This document shows positions 11,170 to 21,857 of a stretch of DNA of 64,000 nucleotides, in pieces (the stretch's first letter is position 1; each line of letters starts with the position of its first letter). Both the position numbers and the translations under genes were made by a program. The notes below the pieces were generated by a model, which was not told where the DNA came from, did not search any database, and saw only the letters and a list, made by a program, of their open reading frames with translations. The stretch is from Nitrosopumilus sp. (lineage in GTDB: Archaea; Thermoproteota; Nitrososphaeria; Nitrososphaerales; Nitrosopumilaceae), in contig CBDBLX010000002.1 of the NCBI GenBank assembly GCA_965207445.1, positions 160,001 through 224,000 on the forward strand, given 5' to 3'.

Positions 11170-11376
11170 CTATGTGGTCAATTCTGGTTTTAATGTCCAA
11201 ACCACCCCTAGTACGACAAACGGTATTGACATGATCCCTATAATACCAAGTATGGTATTGAACTGTGATTCGGAGATCAATGGATTGTTTATTATCCATG
11301 GCAATGGTAATGTTATGATTACCCAGATGATTCCTAATAATATGATTAATTTAGCTTTTGCTTTTCTATTCATCAT
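11170..11376 (-). CDS. Small two-TM membrane protein
   Basis: Two hydrophobic helices; directly upstream of cysQ. Confidence 0.7.
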   Translation of the reverse strand: MMNRKAKAKLIILLGIIWVIITLPLPWIINNPLISESQFNTILGIIGIMSIPFVVLGVVWTLKPELTT

Positions 11377-11554
11377 GTATCTAAATACTCTCTAGTCATA
11401 ATAAATGTGACAAGTTTTTTGCAAACTTTGTGTTTAATGTCCATTTGGTATAATTTTTATTTTTTTACCTTTTTTTCTAAAATTTTTTTAATAAAAAGTA
11501 TAAAAAAATCTATTATATTACAAAAAGTATTAAATACCTGCATTTTCTATATAT

Positions 11555-11683
11555 GGTATGCCGATGGAAATCACTCCTATCGACTAGTTTAGCGTGACCC
11601 CGCAGAACGAACAATTGCACGGAAACATGTCCGAATTGAGAGGAATCTCTCACTGTTCTGTAGTACAGGGGTTGCGCCATTTT
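11555..11683 (+). ncRNA. Candidate structured non-coding RNA of unknown family
   Basis: GC-enriched segment in AT-rich intergenic DNA; nested stems with GU pairs; upstream TATA-like TATTAAATA; ends in a T run. Confidence 0.5.
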
Positions 11684-12183
11684 CATTCTAATATATGATA
11701 CAGGTATACTGATACTGAGCCTCGTGTGTTGCCGTTGGGGTCAACTGTGATCTCAATTACTGTATTGCCCTTTGGAATAAACACTGTATCATCTCCTAGA
11801 TATTCCCACGTGTAAAACTCCCCTAATCCTGCTTCATGTCTTGTCCCATTTAGATCAAAGTCTTCTGAATAGCTTAGAGTCTCACCATTTAATGTGATAG
11901 ACAACACATCTGGGCTACTTCCATTTGGCACAAAATCAAACACATACTGGCCGTTAGATTGATTTTCATCTATCATATTATTATATTCAATCTCAAATGT
12001 ATCTGTATAGATACCATTAACATATAATTTGGGTTCTGCAAGTGTGGCATGAAAGACAATCTCTTTATTTTGCGTGCTGTCCTTTTTCTCAGAGTGTGGT
12101 AAAAGTGTACCTCCGATTATTCCACTAATCATTGCTATAATAATTATAAATCCACATATTACTAGTAGATTTTTGTGTCTCAT
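11683..12183 (-). CDS. Membrane-anchored hypothetical protein
   Basis: N-terminal TM from MRHKNLL; the longer ORF-track start lies inside MITE-B. Confidence 0.7.
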   Translation of the reverse strand: MRHKNLLVICGFIIIIAMISGIIGGTLLPHSEKKDSTQNKEIVFHATLAEPKLYVNGIYTDTFEIEYNNMIDENQSNGQYVFDFVPNGSSPDVLSITLNGETLSYSEDFDLNGTRHEAGLGEFYTWEYLGDDTVFIPKGNTVIEITVDPNGNTRGSVSVYLYHILE

Positions 12184-12234
12184 CTTTTTTGTATATGAAA
12201 TACCAATTAAAAAAGTCATGTGAATCGTGTGGGG

Positions 12235-12314
12235 GTAACCGTTCAACCCCCGTTATCTGCGCCAGACGTTAGGTGGTGAATTTGTGCTTATTTGAGAAGG
12301 GGTTGAACGGTTAC
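12235..12314 (+). mobile_element. MITE-B copy (~80 bp)
   Basis: TIR GTAACCGTTCAACCCC / GGGGTTGAACGGTTAC; degenerate flanking duplication TCGTGTGGG/TCATGTGGG. Confidence 0.85.
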
Positions 12315-12354
12315 TCATGTGGGTGGTTAAATACTGTATTTGTGATAAATTGAT

Positions 12355-13008
12355 ATGGGAAATATTCAAAAGACATGGACACGTCCACAGACACCGACCA
12401 TATCTGAGAGAATAGGCTCTACCATACATCCCAAGGGCCCACTAAAACCCCGCATTCGAGATGCGATAAAACAGTTACAGCCTCAGATTAAAAGATTAGA
12501 CAGAATGATTGAAAATTTACAAAAGCGAGATTCAGCACTATTTCAAAGAGTAGTTTCTGCTGTTCAAAAACATGATCAACATACTAGTAATGTACTTGGT
12601 AATGAACTCGCAGAGATCAGAAAAGTTATCAAAGTTTTGAGTGGTGCTAGAACTGCGCTTGAGCGCATAGAGATGCGACTTGGAACATGCAGTGATCTTG
12701 GTGATACCGTAGTCACCATAATGCCAACGATCGCTTTAATGAAAAACATCAAATCATCACTAGGAAAAATCATGCCTGGAGCAGAGCAAGAGCTATCTCA
12801 GATGGCAACTATGCTAGGTGGATTCTTAACAGAGAGCTTTGCAGGTGAATCTGCATTTGGTACAGATGAGAATACAAGTGTCGAAGCCGAGGCAATACTA
12901 AAAGAAGCTGCAGTTATAGCTGGTAATACTACTGGGGAGATGTTTCCGTTTGTACCAACACAGACTCAGGAAACAACTATACCTTCTACAAATAATTTTA
13001 ATAAATAA
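12355..13008 (+). CDS. cdvB: ESCRT-III/CdvB-family protein
   Basis: PLKPRI...ELAEIRK...LERIEMRL...GD Snf7-like helical core typical of thaumarchaeal CdvB paralogues. Confidence 0.85.
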   Translation: MGNIQKTWTRPQTPTISERIGSTIHPKGPLKPRIRDAIKQLQPQIKRLDRMIENLQKRDSALFQRVVSAVQKHDQHTSNVLGNELAEIRKVIKVLSGARTALERIEMRLGTCSDLGDTVVTIMPTIALMKNIKSSLGKIMPGAEQELSQMATMLGGFLTESFAGESAFGTDENTSVEAEAILKEAAVIAGNTTGEMFPFVPTQTQETTIPSTNNFNK

Positions 13009-13566
13009 TTAATCATTTATTGAGAATCTCTCTTGTGCAGTTGTTGTAGCATCATCCCTCGTCTCTTTTATCTTTCTGACCTTGTCTCCTTCTGCATCTA
13101 TAATTTGGTCAATTCCTGCAAGCTTGTTTCTGAGATTGTTAATTATTGTGCCTACTTCGTCGGCCTCGTTTTCTACCTCTCTTCTCTTTAGTGCAAGTTT
13201 TGTGATTCCTGCATTCTCATCTTCAATATACTCGTTGACTTTTTGAAGTTTCTCTTTGAGATTTTTTATGTCCACTGATTCATCCTCGATATCTTTCTCA
13301 AGCAAGGTTCGCTTGTCTTTGAGATTCTTTATCATCACACCTACATAATCAATTGCTTCCTCTAGTCTTGCTCGTTTGTCCATAAGATCCCCAATTCCGA
13401 TTTGACTGTTACCTGATACAGGTGTTGATTGTTCTATTGTTGTAGCCGTTGACATTTCAGTATCAGATACTATCTTTGCTGTTGTTGTTGTTGTGTTGTC
13501 GTTATCTTGTTCTGTTGTTGCCATCGTTGACTCTCTCTCTCCTTCATTTCTAAATCTATTAAACAT
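13009..13566 (-). CDS. Coiled-coil hypothetical protein
   Basis: Long heptad-rich charged ORF. Confidence 0.7.
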   Translation of the reverse strand: MFNRFRNEGERESTMATTEQDNDNTTTTTAKIVSDTEMSTATTIEQSTPVSGNSQIGIGDLMDKRARLEEAIDYVGVMIKNLKDKRTLLEKDIEDESVDIKNLKEKLQKVNEYIEDENAGITKLALKRREVENEADEVGTIINNLRNKLAGIDQIIDAEGDKVRKIKETRDDATTTAQERFSIND

Positions 13567-13855
13567 TTTACATTGTTAATTTTATCAAGATAAAAAGATA
13601 ATTGTTTGGTGGTGTGTTCTCAGAGTCTGATATATGGATATTGTGTCAATACTAGATAAAGCCTATACTACTGGATGTGGATTTTTACAACTATATTTTT
13701 GGTGTAATTGGGCATATAATATTTGTTCATTAATTATTAGACTATGTGTTATTTTCTAAAGCAAATTATATGAATAATTATGAGAAAAACTCTAAAACCG
13801 CACCTAAATTATCTTGATCTTAAGATATAAAAAGTGGATTTTTGGGGGCGTAATT

Positions 13856-15571
13856 ATGGCAATACAAGCAACATCTAAAGGAACCATGCCAGTTGTACTC
13901 TTAAAAGAAGGTGGCAGTGAGACCAAGGGCAAAGATGCTCAAAAGAACAATATTGCTGCATCAAAGATTATTGCAGAGATTGTTCATTCTAGTCTAGGAC
14001 CACGAGGCATGGATAAGATGCTTGTTGATTCACTTGGAGATGTTACTATAACAAATGATGGTGCTACTATACTAAAAGAGATAGATGTGCAACATCCTGC
14101 TGCAAAGATGCTAGTTGAGATATCAAAGACTACTGATAATGAAGTTGGAGATGGAACCACATCTGCTGTAGTACTTGCAGGTGGATTGCTTGAGAATGCA
14201 GAGTCACTATTGGATCAGAATGTCCATCCAACAATTATTGTAGATGGATACCGTAGGGCAGGCAAACAAGCATTGGAGTTTCTCAAAGAGATCGCAGAGC
14301 CAGTCTCTTCTGATGATAAAGATATTCTAACTAAAATTGCAAAGACCTCTATGCAAACCAAACTTGTTCGCAAGGACTCCGATCAGATAGCCAATATTAT
14401 AGTAGATGCAGTACTGACCGTATCTGAAAAGAGTGAGGATGGCTCGTATGATGTTGATATTGATGATGTTAAAGTTGAGAAAAAAGCAGGCGGTTCTATA
14501 AAAGACTCTTCAATTATTCAAGGTATAGTACTAGACAAAGAGATAGTGCATGGTGGCATGCCAAAAAAAGTATCTGATGCCAAGATTGCATTACTAAACA
14601 CGGCACTAGAGATAAACAAGACTGAAACTGATGCCAAGATCAACATATCTGATCCGCAACAACTAAAGTCATTCCTTGATGAGGAGAACAACATGTTAAA
14701 GTCGATGGTTCAAAAAGTCATTGACATTGGTGCTAGTGTTGTATTGTGCCAAAAAGGCATAGATGAGATGGCACAACACTATCTTGCAAAGGCAGGAATC
14801 ATATCTGTTAGGCGTATAAAGGAGAGCGATCTTACAAAACTCTCAAGGGCCACAGGTGGTAGAGTTGTCACTAATCTAGATGATCTCTCTGCAAACGATC
14901 TAGGCTCTGCTTCTCTTGTTGAGGAGAGAAAGATAGAAGAGGACAAGTGGGTGTTTGTTGAAGGATGCCAGAATCCAAAATCTGTTACGTTGCTTTTACG
15001 TGGTGGCTCACAACGGGTAGTAGATGAGGTGGAGCGTTCTGTTCATGATGCATTAATGGTAGTTAAAGATGTCATATTGAATCCATCTGTGGTGGCAGGC
15101 GGAGGCTCACCTGAAACCTTTGCAGCTACAAAACTTCGTAACTGGTCAAAATCACTTGAGGGCAGAGAACAGTTAGCAGCAGAAAAGTTTGCCGATGCGC
15201 TAGAGTCAATCCCACTCACACTTGCTGAGAATGCTGGTATGGACCCAATAGACACATTAACACTCTTACGCTCAAAACAACAACGCGGTGAGAGCTGGAC
15301 TGGTATTGATGTCATGGAGTCTAGAATAGCAAGCATGAAGCACAGTGAGATTATAGAACCACTTGCAGTAAAGCTACAAGTGACATCATCTGCAACAGAG
15401 GCTGCATGTATGATACTACGAATTGATGATGTCATTGCTACTCAAAAGTCTGCAGGTGGACCACCTGGAGGCGGTGAAGGCGGTATGCCTGGCATGGGTG
15501 GCGGCATGGGCGGTATGCCTGGCATGGGTGGCGGCATGGGCGGTATGCCGGATATGGGCGGTATGATGTGA
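13856..15571 (+). CDS. ths: Thermosome (group II chaperonin) subunit
   Basis: [26 protein letters not shown]-rich tail. Confidence 0.97.
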   Translation: MAIQATSKGTMPVVLLKEGGSETKGKDAQKNNIAASKIIAEIVHSSLGPRGMDKMLVDSLGDVTITNDGATILKEIDVQHPAAKMLVEISKTTDNEVGDGTTSAVVLAGGLLENAESLLDQNVHPTIIVDGYRRAGKQALEFLKEIAEPVSSDDKDILTKIAKTSMQTKLVRKDSDQIANIIVDAVLTVSEKSEDGSYDVDIDDVKVEKKAGGSIKDSSIIQGIVLDKEIVHGGMPKKVSDAKIALLNTALEINKTETDAKINISDPQQLKSFLDEENNMLKSMVQKVIDIGASVVLCQKGIDEMAQHYLAKAGIISVRRIKESDLTKLSRATGGRVVTNLDDLSANDLGSASLVEERKIEEDKWVFVEGCQNPKSVTLLLRGGSQRVVDEVERSVHDALMVVKDVILNPSVVAGGGSPETFAATKLRNWSKSLEGREQLAAEKFADALESIPLTLAENAGMDPIDTLTLLRSKQQRGESWTGIDVMESRIASMKHSEIIEPLAVKLQVTSSATEAACMILRIDDVIATQKSAGGPPGGGEGGMPGMGGGMGGMPGMGGGMGGMPDMGGMM

Positions 15572-15609
15572 CCGTTATTTAGTCAATTCTATGTCTTACG
15601 GGTGTATCT

Positions 15610-15891
15610 ATGGCACTAACTAAAAATGTAATTGCATCGAACAGTTTCAAATATGTATATATTATTGTATTTTTTATGTTCTTGGCAGGATTCTTTCATC
15701 CTCTTATCACTAATACTAGTTTTGATATAGTTGTGGTGGGTGTACTGGTCTTGTTCTTAGGCCTCGCCGGTGGCATACTATTGTACAAAGCCGCCACTGA
15801 CAACAACAAAAGAGAGATGTTACTTGGAATCGGCTTTGCCCTCATGACAATATCCTCATTTGGGATATTTTACATGACAGGGCGATTCTAA
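15610..15891 (+). CDS. Small three-TM membrane protein
   Basis: Hydrophobic 93-aa ORF. Confidence 0.7.
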   Translation: MALTKNVIASNSFKYVYIIVFFMFLAGFFHPLITNTSFDIVVVGVLVLFLGLAGGILLYKAATDNNKREMLLGIGFALMTISSFGIFYMTGRF

Positions 15892-15911
15892 TTATCATTT
15901 TTTGTTTTTCA

Positions 15912-15958
15912 TTTTGTTTTGTTTTGTTTTGTTTTGTTTTGTTTTGTTTTGTTTTGTT
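15912..15958. repeat. (TTTTG)n microsatellite, ~9 units, between convergent genes; may act as terminator
   Basis: Seen directly. Confidence 0.9.
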
Positions 15959-15993
15959 GGCATTCAGTGAAGGTATGTCTATGAGTTTGTGCA

Positions 15994-17454
15994 TTATATA
16001 TCAAAATACAGGTAAAATTCGTGCGGATGGGGCCTAATTGCTATTGCACGTTGATCCTTTCTCTCAAGTGATATGATCTTGTCTATAACATCATTTGTGT
16101 ATATTGGAAGCAGGAACTTTCTGTCACTCTCCAATTCATCTAGCGCATCCCCTAGACTCTTTGGTAGTACGCCTATGCCGCGTTTTGCTCTATCTGAGCG
16201 TGTCATCTTGAATATATCATCATGTATTTGGTCACCTGGTTCTAGCTTTTTCTTTATACCATCAAGTCCCGCTGCTGTTATTGCAGCAAATACCAAGTAT
16301 GGATTTGATGCTGGATCTGGCGCCCTAAACTCTAATCGTTTGAGATGAGCATATTTTTTACCTGTCAAATGTCTTGGAACTCTTATGATTGCTGAACGAT
16401 TTCCTGCACTCCATGCAATATATGCTGGTGCTTCGTATCCTGGTACGAGTCTATGGTATGAGTTAGTCGTCGGATTACATATTGCAGAGAGCGCTTTTGC
16501 ATGTGTTATCATACCTCCGCAAAAGTATCTTGCAGTCTGACTCAACTCATCTTTTTCGTCTGGATCGTAAAACGTATTCTGGTCATTTTTCCACAGGCTC
16601 ACATTAACATGCATACCACTACCAGAGTCCATGGCAATTGGTTTTGGCATTACAGTTGCTACCTTGCCATACTTTTGTGCAATGTTTCTAATTACATATT
16701 TGTATGTTTGAGCTGCATCAGCAGCATTTGTCAAATAATCATATTTAATGTCAATCTCACATTGCCCTGCTGTTGCTACTTCATGATGGTGATTGTCACA
16801 CAGTATTCCAAAGCTGTTATGTAGTATGTTTACACATTCATTTCTGTATGGTGTTAATGTATCTGAGGGTGTGCTTGGGTAGTATCCTTCTTGTAGTCCC
16901 ATTGGGTATCCATCTCCTTCTTGACTCCATGGCGCTTCTTTTGATTCGATCGAGTATGATTGGCCCTTGTATGGTGTTAATACATCCCAGTTCACTCTAT
17001 CAAATACAAAGAACTCTACCTCGGGGCCCCATGTTGAGAAATCAAAATTTTGAGATTTGATGTACTCTTCTGCGTTTTGTGCAATACCACGTGGGTCTCG
17101 TGAGAGTCTACCACGATTGCCTCCCCAATATACGTCACACAAGAGACGTGCTGTCTTATTCTCTGTCATCCATGGAATTATCGCAAATGTATTAGGATCA
17201 GGTTTTAAGAGCAGATCAGAGTCATCTATGCTTGTAAATCCAACTATTGATGAGCCGTCGAGCTTTGGCAGTCCATCTTTCATCTGTTCTGGTGTGAATG
17301 TTGATGCTGATATTGTCGTGTGATGGAAATGTCCTGTTAGACCTGTGAACTGTAGATCAATGAATTGTATCTTTTCATGTTGTATCTTTGAGAATACCTC
17401 ATCAGGTGAGTATGTAACCTGCATCGTTTTTCCATGACTTACTCTATACGGCAT
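15994..17454 (-). CDS. glnA: Glutamine synthetase type I
   Basis: DGSSI, GPEVEFF, HHHEVATAGQCEI, MPKP...GSGMHVN, NRSA.IR, LEFRAPDP. Confidence 0.97.
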   Translation of the reverse strand: MPYRVSHGKTMQVTYSPDEVFSKIQHEKIQFIDLQFTGLTGHFHHTTISASTFTPEQMKDGLPKLDGSSIVGFTSIDDSDLLLKPDPNTFAIIPWMTENKTARLLCDVYWGGNRGRLSRDPRGIAQNAEEYIKSQNFDFSTWGPEVEFFVFDRVNWDVLTPYKGQSYSIESKEAPWSQEGDGYPMGLQEGYYPSTPSDTLTPYRNECVNILHNSFGILCDNHHHEVATAGQCEIDIKYDYLTNAADAAQTYKYVIRNIAQKYGKVATVMPKPIAMDSGSGMHVNVSLWKNDQNTFYDPDEKDELSQTARYFCGGMITHAKALSAICNPTTNSYHRLVPGYEAPAYIAWSAGNRSAIIRVPRHLTGKKYAHLKRLEFRAPDPASNPYLVFAAITAAGLDGIKKKLEPGDQIHDDIFKMTRSDRAKRGIGVLPKSLGDALDELESDRKFLLPIYTNDVIDKIISLERKDQRAIAIRPHPHEFYLYFDI

Positions 17455-17500
17455 TTTTCTTGCGCTTCAATCACACACAAATAGAACTAACATTTAAGGA

Positions 17501-18214
17501 TTGGGTAGTAAGTTGCCAGAACCCCCACTAGCAGATACCTCTGCTGAAGATTCACCATATGTAGCAGACACTGATGCTCAGACTATTCTCAGCAAACTGT
17601 ATCATGATGTGTTGCGTGAGGTAGAAGATGATGTTGCACTCACAGAAATAAGTGATGAACTGTATAGAAATGTCTCTGTGTTCATTGATACTCAAAGCAG
17701 AAAACGATACTCTGATGTTGAAGGCAGTATAATGGAGCAGATAATCTCAACTGCGTCGCAACTCGTTTCATTAATGTTGGATGTGCGTCTTGCAAAAGCT
17801 ACACGGTTCATGTTTTATGATGGTGATGGTGGTGGTGGTGATCATAATAATAATGATGATAATAATGGTGGGAAAAGAGATAACACTACCCTGATGATGC
17901 AGCGGTTGCTTGATGAGGAAAAGTTTATCCTCAATTCAGCAGAAGAGTATGAAGAGCGTCAGGATATTGTGTTGTCTGCGACTATAAGTGGTCGGTCCAA
18001 ACTGTTAGAATCTATATCTGAGAAACACAAGACTAGTAGGATACTAGTTCGGTTTATCAAAGATGTAGAATCGATGATAGGTGTAGATATGGAGATGTAT
18101 GGACCATTTAAGATAGAAGATATTGCAACCATACCTTATGAAAATGCTCAAGCTCTAATATCCGAAGATGTTGCAGTTCACGTGCGCTCAGAAGATTATG
18201 GGGGAAGATTGTAG
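17501..18214 (+). CDS. GINS complex subunit (GINS51-type, A-B domain order)
   Basis: Helical N-terminal domain plus C-terminal VRFIKD..IGVDM..YGPF..EDIATIP..NA..LI B-domain. Confidence 0.8.
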   Translation: MGSKLPEPPLADTSAEDSPYVADTDAQTILSKLYHDVLREVEDDVALTEISDELYRNVSVFIDTQSRKRYSDVEGSIMEQIISTASQLVSLMLDVRLAKATRFMFYDGDGGGGDHNNNDDNNGGKRDNTTLMMQRLLDEEKFILNSAEEYEERQDIVLSATISGRSKLLESISEKHKTSRILVRFIKDVESMIGVDMEMYGPFKIEDIATIPYENAQALISEDVAVHVRSEDYGGRL

Positions 18215-18384
18215 TTATTTATATGCAAATATATTTTTCAATGATATATTTAATGACCCTAATCAAATATATGCATATTAAAAATAATTATTTCGTGTAT
18301 GCGTATTTTATCTGTCGTGGGAATATGTACATTGTTGTTATGAACACATGTTATGAACACATCACTATCTGCATTGATTTTATC

Positions 18385-18530
18385 GTGTGAACCAAGATCC
18401 ATGACTGATATAATCATTCAAAATAACTACTAGCCAAATGCATCACATGCACAATACTCGACATGCAGACAGACGTGACAAAATACAAGTGTGTAATTTC
18501 ATTATTGTGTCCAAAGAGTTTGGTTCACGC
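18385..18530 (-). mobile_element. MITE-C copy 1 (~146 bp)
   Basis: Ends GTGTGAACCAAG...TTGGTTCACGC; homologous to the copies at 20854, 33201 and 60523. Confidence 0.9.
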
Positions 18531-20782
18531 TAATACTCCAGCTCCAAGTCTTCAGTTTGGCTTTTTTGTCCCTCCGACCTGCAATATTTTAGTTTGATCT
18601 CGTTCTCAAAGTGCAGGCATCGCTTCATTCCAACAATTATGCCAACAGGCGCTCCGACATACATTCCCAAGTTCAATAGAATAAGTGAGATTCCATATCC
18701 CAATACCGCATGTTCAGAATTTAGGTCGACATGACTTAGAATTGACAACGAATGAATCATTGGAGTTATCGCAAGCTTGACAGCATCTTTGAGTATTGGG
18801 TTTTCCCTTTCATAATCTGCAATTGTTGGGCTGAATGAATAGTAGAAGCTATTAAACGTACTCACAAAAACAGTACCTGACTCGGTTTGCAACAATCTGT
18901 TGTCCCGGAGTTCTCGTAGCTGTTGGACTTGTGGATCTAGTTCGGAACCGTATGTAGCTGTTGCGATAAGACAGCCACCTCCATTTTCCGTTTGTTTGTT
19001 TGGTGGTTCTTCATCAAAAGACACATTTTCTGTTTGGTGAATTGTAGGCTTTTCATCAAAGGCCACAGTGCTGATTGAATTTGTAAATGCATCATGATAC
19101 GTGGGAAAATCAACAGTGTCTGCGGCAAAAAAGAGATAGTAGAATTCTCCATTTTCAAATGCCCATACAACAACATCCAGTTGGCGTTCTATGAGATAAC
19201 CATCCAGATCGAATTTCATAAATGCATCTATGTTAACTTTTGCCATATTATCGAAAAGATCTACGTCAGAGTCTATAATTTCAACTTTTATGTTTTCGCC
19301 CGTGCCCCCTGATAACCCCTCACTAAAACTTTGTAAAAATTGCTCACGGACATCTTGGTCGTCTAAGTTCAGTGATCTTTCAAAATTCGCATACATCAAG
19401 GTCACTGCCGGAGGTATAACTCCTTGAAAATTGGGTGGAATAAACAGTGCTACTGCATTTAGTGATCCAGGAGTGGATACTAGTTCAATTTGGGCATTAA
19501 GATTTTCTTGCTTCCATTGCTTCGGGGGAATAAACGAAAACCCCAAGTCAAAATCAACAAACACTTCTGAATCAGTCGTTATTTCCTCATTTACGGGTAT
19601 TGATGACGTGTCACCCAAGTAAGAAGATTCCAGCATTAGCGCGTGATCATCATAACTGATTGTAGAATAATTGTCGCCATAATACACAATCTCGACGATT
19701 TTCCCATCATCGAAGATCAAATAGGACACGTCGTATTGAATCGGTTCACCTGCATCATCGAGTTGGAAAAATGTTGCTCCTGTTAGAAACCCGTCGTTGA
19801 ATTTTATAACCGCCAGATAATCAACATGGAAAAATCCTGGAAACCTGCTAATGGACTCGGTCACCATCTTTTCTGCTTCTTCGTATAGTTGGTCTGTTTC
19901 AAGCCCATTGAATGTCTGAAATAAGTCCCGATCTTCAATGAAAAGTTCTATCTTTCCATCTGTGTTTTTAGATGAAAACTCGGCGAATTTTTGTCCGCTG
20001 AAGGATTCATTTACATCCCAATTTTCTTCCCACGAATGGGGAAATTTTATCGCAAAGCCATGTTCGTCATTAACATACCATTCTGGGGAAAATTCTACCG
20101 GAGTTATCAAGCTCATCGGTCGGGGACTAAGATCTAGAAATCCGTTAATGTTCTCCTCAAAAATTATTCTACTGTCACCTGTAGGTGCCATTCTTTCAGC
20201 AGGAGTCTTCAATACGTCAAATGAGCTTACCGACGAGATAATTTGATCTCTGTAGGATAAAAATACGTCAGTTGCGCTTTCAGAATAAATGATCCAAGAA
20301 CCAAATCCATCAGGAATCATCGTGTTAATGCTAATGTTCTCATACTGCGTCGAGTCTTCCAGTGTTTCAGTCCAAGAATAGGTATGCTGGTAGGATTTTT
20401 TTCCATCAATGTATATTACTCTTGAATCTATTAATTCGTGGTTGGTACATGTGCTTCCAAATACCTCAAGTGTAGACAATTCACAATTTTGTTCCAAACC
20501 CATGCTTAACGCATTCAGCAACTGTTCATCATCGCCTGCCCATACGAGTGACACGCTGGGAGCATATCTTACTACTAACACCGAACTCCATCCACTTGTA
20601 TCATCATAAAAAGTCACCAAATAATCAACGCCAGATTCTGAAAAGAATGTATTTTCAACCCCCCATCCAGCAGGATAATCTATGGAAAACCCCTGTTCTT
20701 CGTCAACGTATTGTAATCCATACGCTTGTATTATTCCCAACGGGGTGCACAAAACAAACAGTAACACAAGTATGGCCCTCAT
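18530..20782 (-). CDS. Surface protein with three PsbP-like repeats and a CFI-box-CTERM domain
   Basis: Signal peptide; three repeats starting YVDEEQGFSIDYP / YVNDEHGFAIKFP / FVDFDLGFSFIPP; GGGCLIATATYGSELDPQVQQLRELRD plus TM. Confidence 0.85.
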   Translation of the reverse strand: MRAILVLLFVLCTPLGIIQAYGLQYVDEEQGFSIDYPAGWGVENTFFSESGVDYLVTFYDDTSGWSSVLVVRYAPSVSLVWAGDDEQLLNALSMGLEQNCELSTLEVFGSTCTNHELIDSRVIYIDGKKSYQHTYSWTETLEDSTQYENISINTMIPDGFGSWIIYSESATDVFLSYRDQIISSVSSFDVLKTPAERMAPTGDSRIIFEENINGFLDLSPRPMSLITPVEFSPEWYVNDEHGFAIKFPHSWEENWDVNESFSGQKFAEFSSKNTDGKIELFIEDRDLFQTFNGLETDQLYEEAEKMVTESISRFPGFFHVDYLAVIKFNDGFLTGATFFQLDDAGEPIQYDVSYLIFDDGKIVEIVYYGDNYSTISYDDHALMLESSYLGDTSSIPVNEEITTDSEVFVDFDLGFSFIPPKQWKQENLNAQIELVSTPGSLNAVALFIPPNFQGVIPPAVTLMYANFERSLNLDDQDVREQFLQSFSEGLSGGTGENIKVEIIDSDVDLFDNMAKVNIDAFMKFDLDGYLIERQLDVVVWAFENGEFYYLFFAADTVDFPTYHDAFTNSISTVAFDEKPTIHQTENVSFDEEPPNKQTENGGGCLIATATYGSELDPQVQQLRELRDNRLLQTESGTVFVSTFNSFYYSFSPTIADYERENPILKDAVKLAITPMIHSLSILSHVDLNSEHAVLGYGISLILLNLGMYVGAPVGIIVGMKRCLHFENEIKLKYCRSEGQKSQTEDLELEY

Positions 20783-20853
20783 ATTGGTAATCTTTGATTC
20801 TTTTGTAAATACTTTTTGGGATTTGAGTGTAATCTACAGATAGAAACTAATCT

Positions 20854-21001
20854 GTGTGAAGCAAGCTCATTGTACACAACAATGAAATACATACTTGTAT
20901 TTGGTTATATTCCTATCTGTATATCGAGTATCGTGCATGCGATACATTTGGCTAGGAATTATTTTTGAATGATTATATCAGTCATGGAGATTGGTTCACA
21001 C
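20854..21001 (+). mobile_element. MITE-C copy 2 (148 bp)
   Basis: GTGTGAAGCAAG...TTGGTTCACAC. Confidence 0.9.
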
Positions 21002-21221
21002 ATTTTATCAATAATCTTTTTTTGTGTATTACGAAATCCTTTTTTGAGATTGCCAGCATTTACACCAAAAAGGTACAAATCTTATTTGTGTATGGTGGTG
21101 TCTTCTGATCAATAAAAGATTGATTCTGTGGCTGTCATGTTATTCTTAAAAAATTGAACAAACGATGATGCTCTAGATAATTATCAAATAGGTAAAAATT
21201 ATCAGAAAAATAACTAGACTT

Positions 21222-21506
21222 ATGTCTCATACAGGTGTTGATGTGATTGATTTTCTTTTTTATACGATATATCCTGTCATTGGATTGTTTGTTGTAGAGG
21301 GGATAGCTCGATTAATACGCGCACCAAAATGGGCCAAACTCTGGACTCAGGCTGCTGTGTCGATCGGATTTGGAATTTACTATTGGTTTTTGTTACCTGC
21401 ACCACAAAACTTTCCAATGACTGCACTGGTGTTGTTTGCACTCGCAGCTGCGCTCTTGTATCAGGGAAAGCGTGCCATGATATCACCTGAAAAGAGTCCT
21501 TACTAG
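21222..21506 (+). CDS. Small membrane protein
   Basis: Three hydrophobic segments. Confidence 0.75.
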   Translation: MSHTGVDVIDFLFYTIYPVIGLFVVEGIARLIRAPKWAKLWTQAAVSIGFGIYYWFLLPAPQNFPMTALVLFALAAALLYQGKRAMISPEKSPY

Positions 21507-21728
21507 TTATGATTTACCAAACATACGCTTGAAGATATTGGGCTTGCCACGTCCCCCGTCTCGTACTACTCCTTTTTGTCCAAACCTCTTTGCCCTGATC
21601 TGGCTGAGCTTTACACAACGATGCTCTTCTGGCAGTCTATGTTCGGCACAAAATGGATCCTTGCAATAGTTGCAATGAAACGGCATGTCTGTCATCTCTC
21701 CACAATAGGCGCATTTCTCTTCGTACAC
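21507..21728 (-). CDS. AN1-type zinc finger protein
   Basis: CAYC...PFHCNYCKDPFCAEHRLPEEHRC. Confidence 0.9.
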   Translation of the reverse strand: MYEEKCAYCGEMTDMPFHCNYCKDPFCAEHRLPEEHRCVKLSQIRAKRFGQKGVVRDGGRGKPNIFKRMFGKS

Positions 21729-21857
21729 GTTGTTTTAACATGTAAAAGCTATTAATCAAGTTTTAGTACTCGTGCTGATTTGTAATGTGTGATTGTGGTA
21801 AAACTGTATGAGTGTTGCATTCTAAAGATTTTTAGGCACGCATTAAAGCCGTAATTC

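Larger units (their letters stand above)
18385..21001. mobile_element. Composite unit: two inverted MITE-C copies flanking one cargo gene
   Basis: 8-bp TSD ATTTTATC at 18377-18384 and 21002-21009, outside the outer MITE ends. Confidence 0.85.

Noticed and set aside
11558..11587. Fluoride riboswitch or amber read-through at MPMEITPID-TAG
   Set aside because: The consensus pseudoknot elements are missing, the orientation does not lead into a downstream gene, and the read-through product is uninformative.
15479..15570. 30-bp tandem repeat at the thermosome 3' end as a novelty
   Set aside because: GGM-rich tails are normal for chaperonins.
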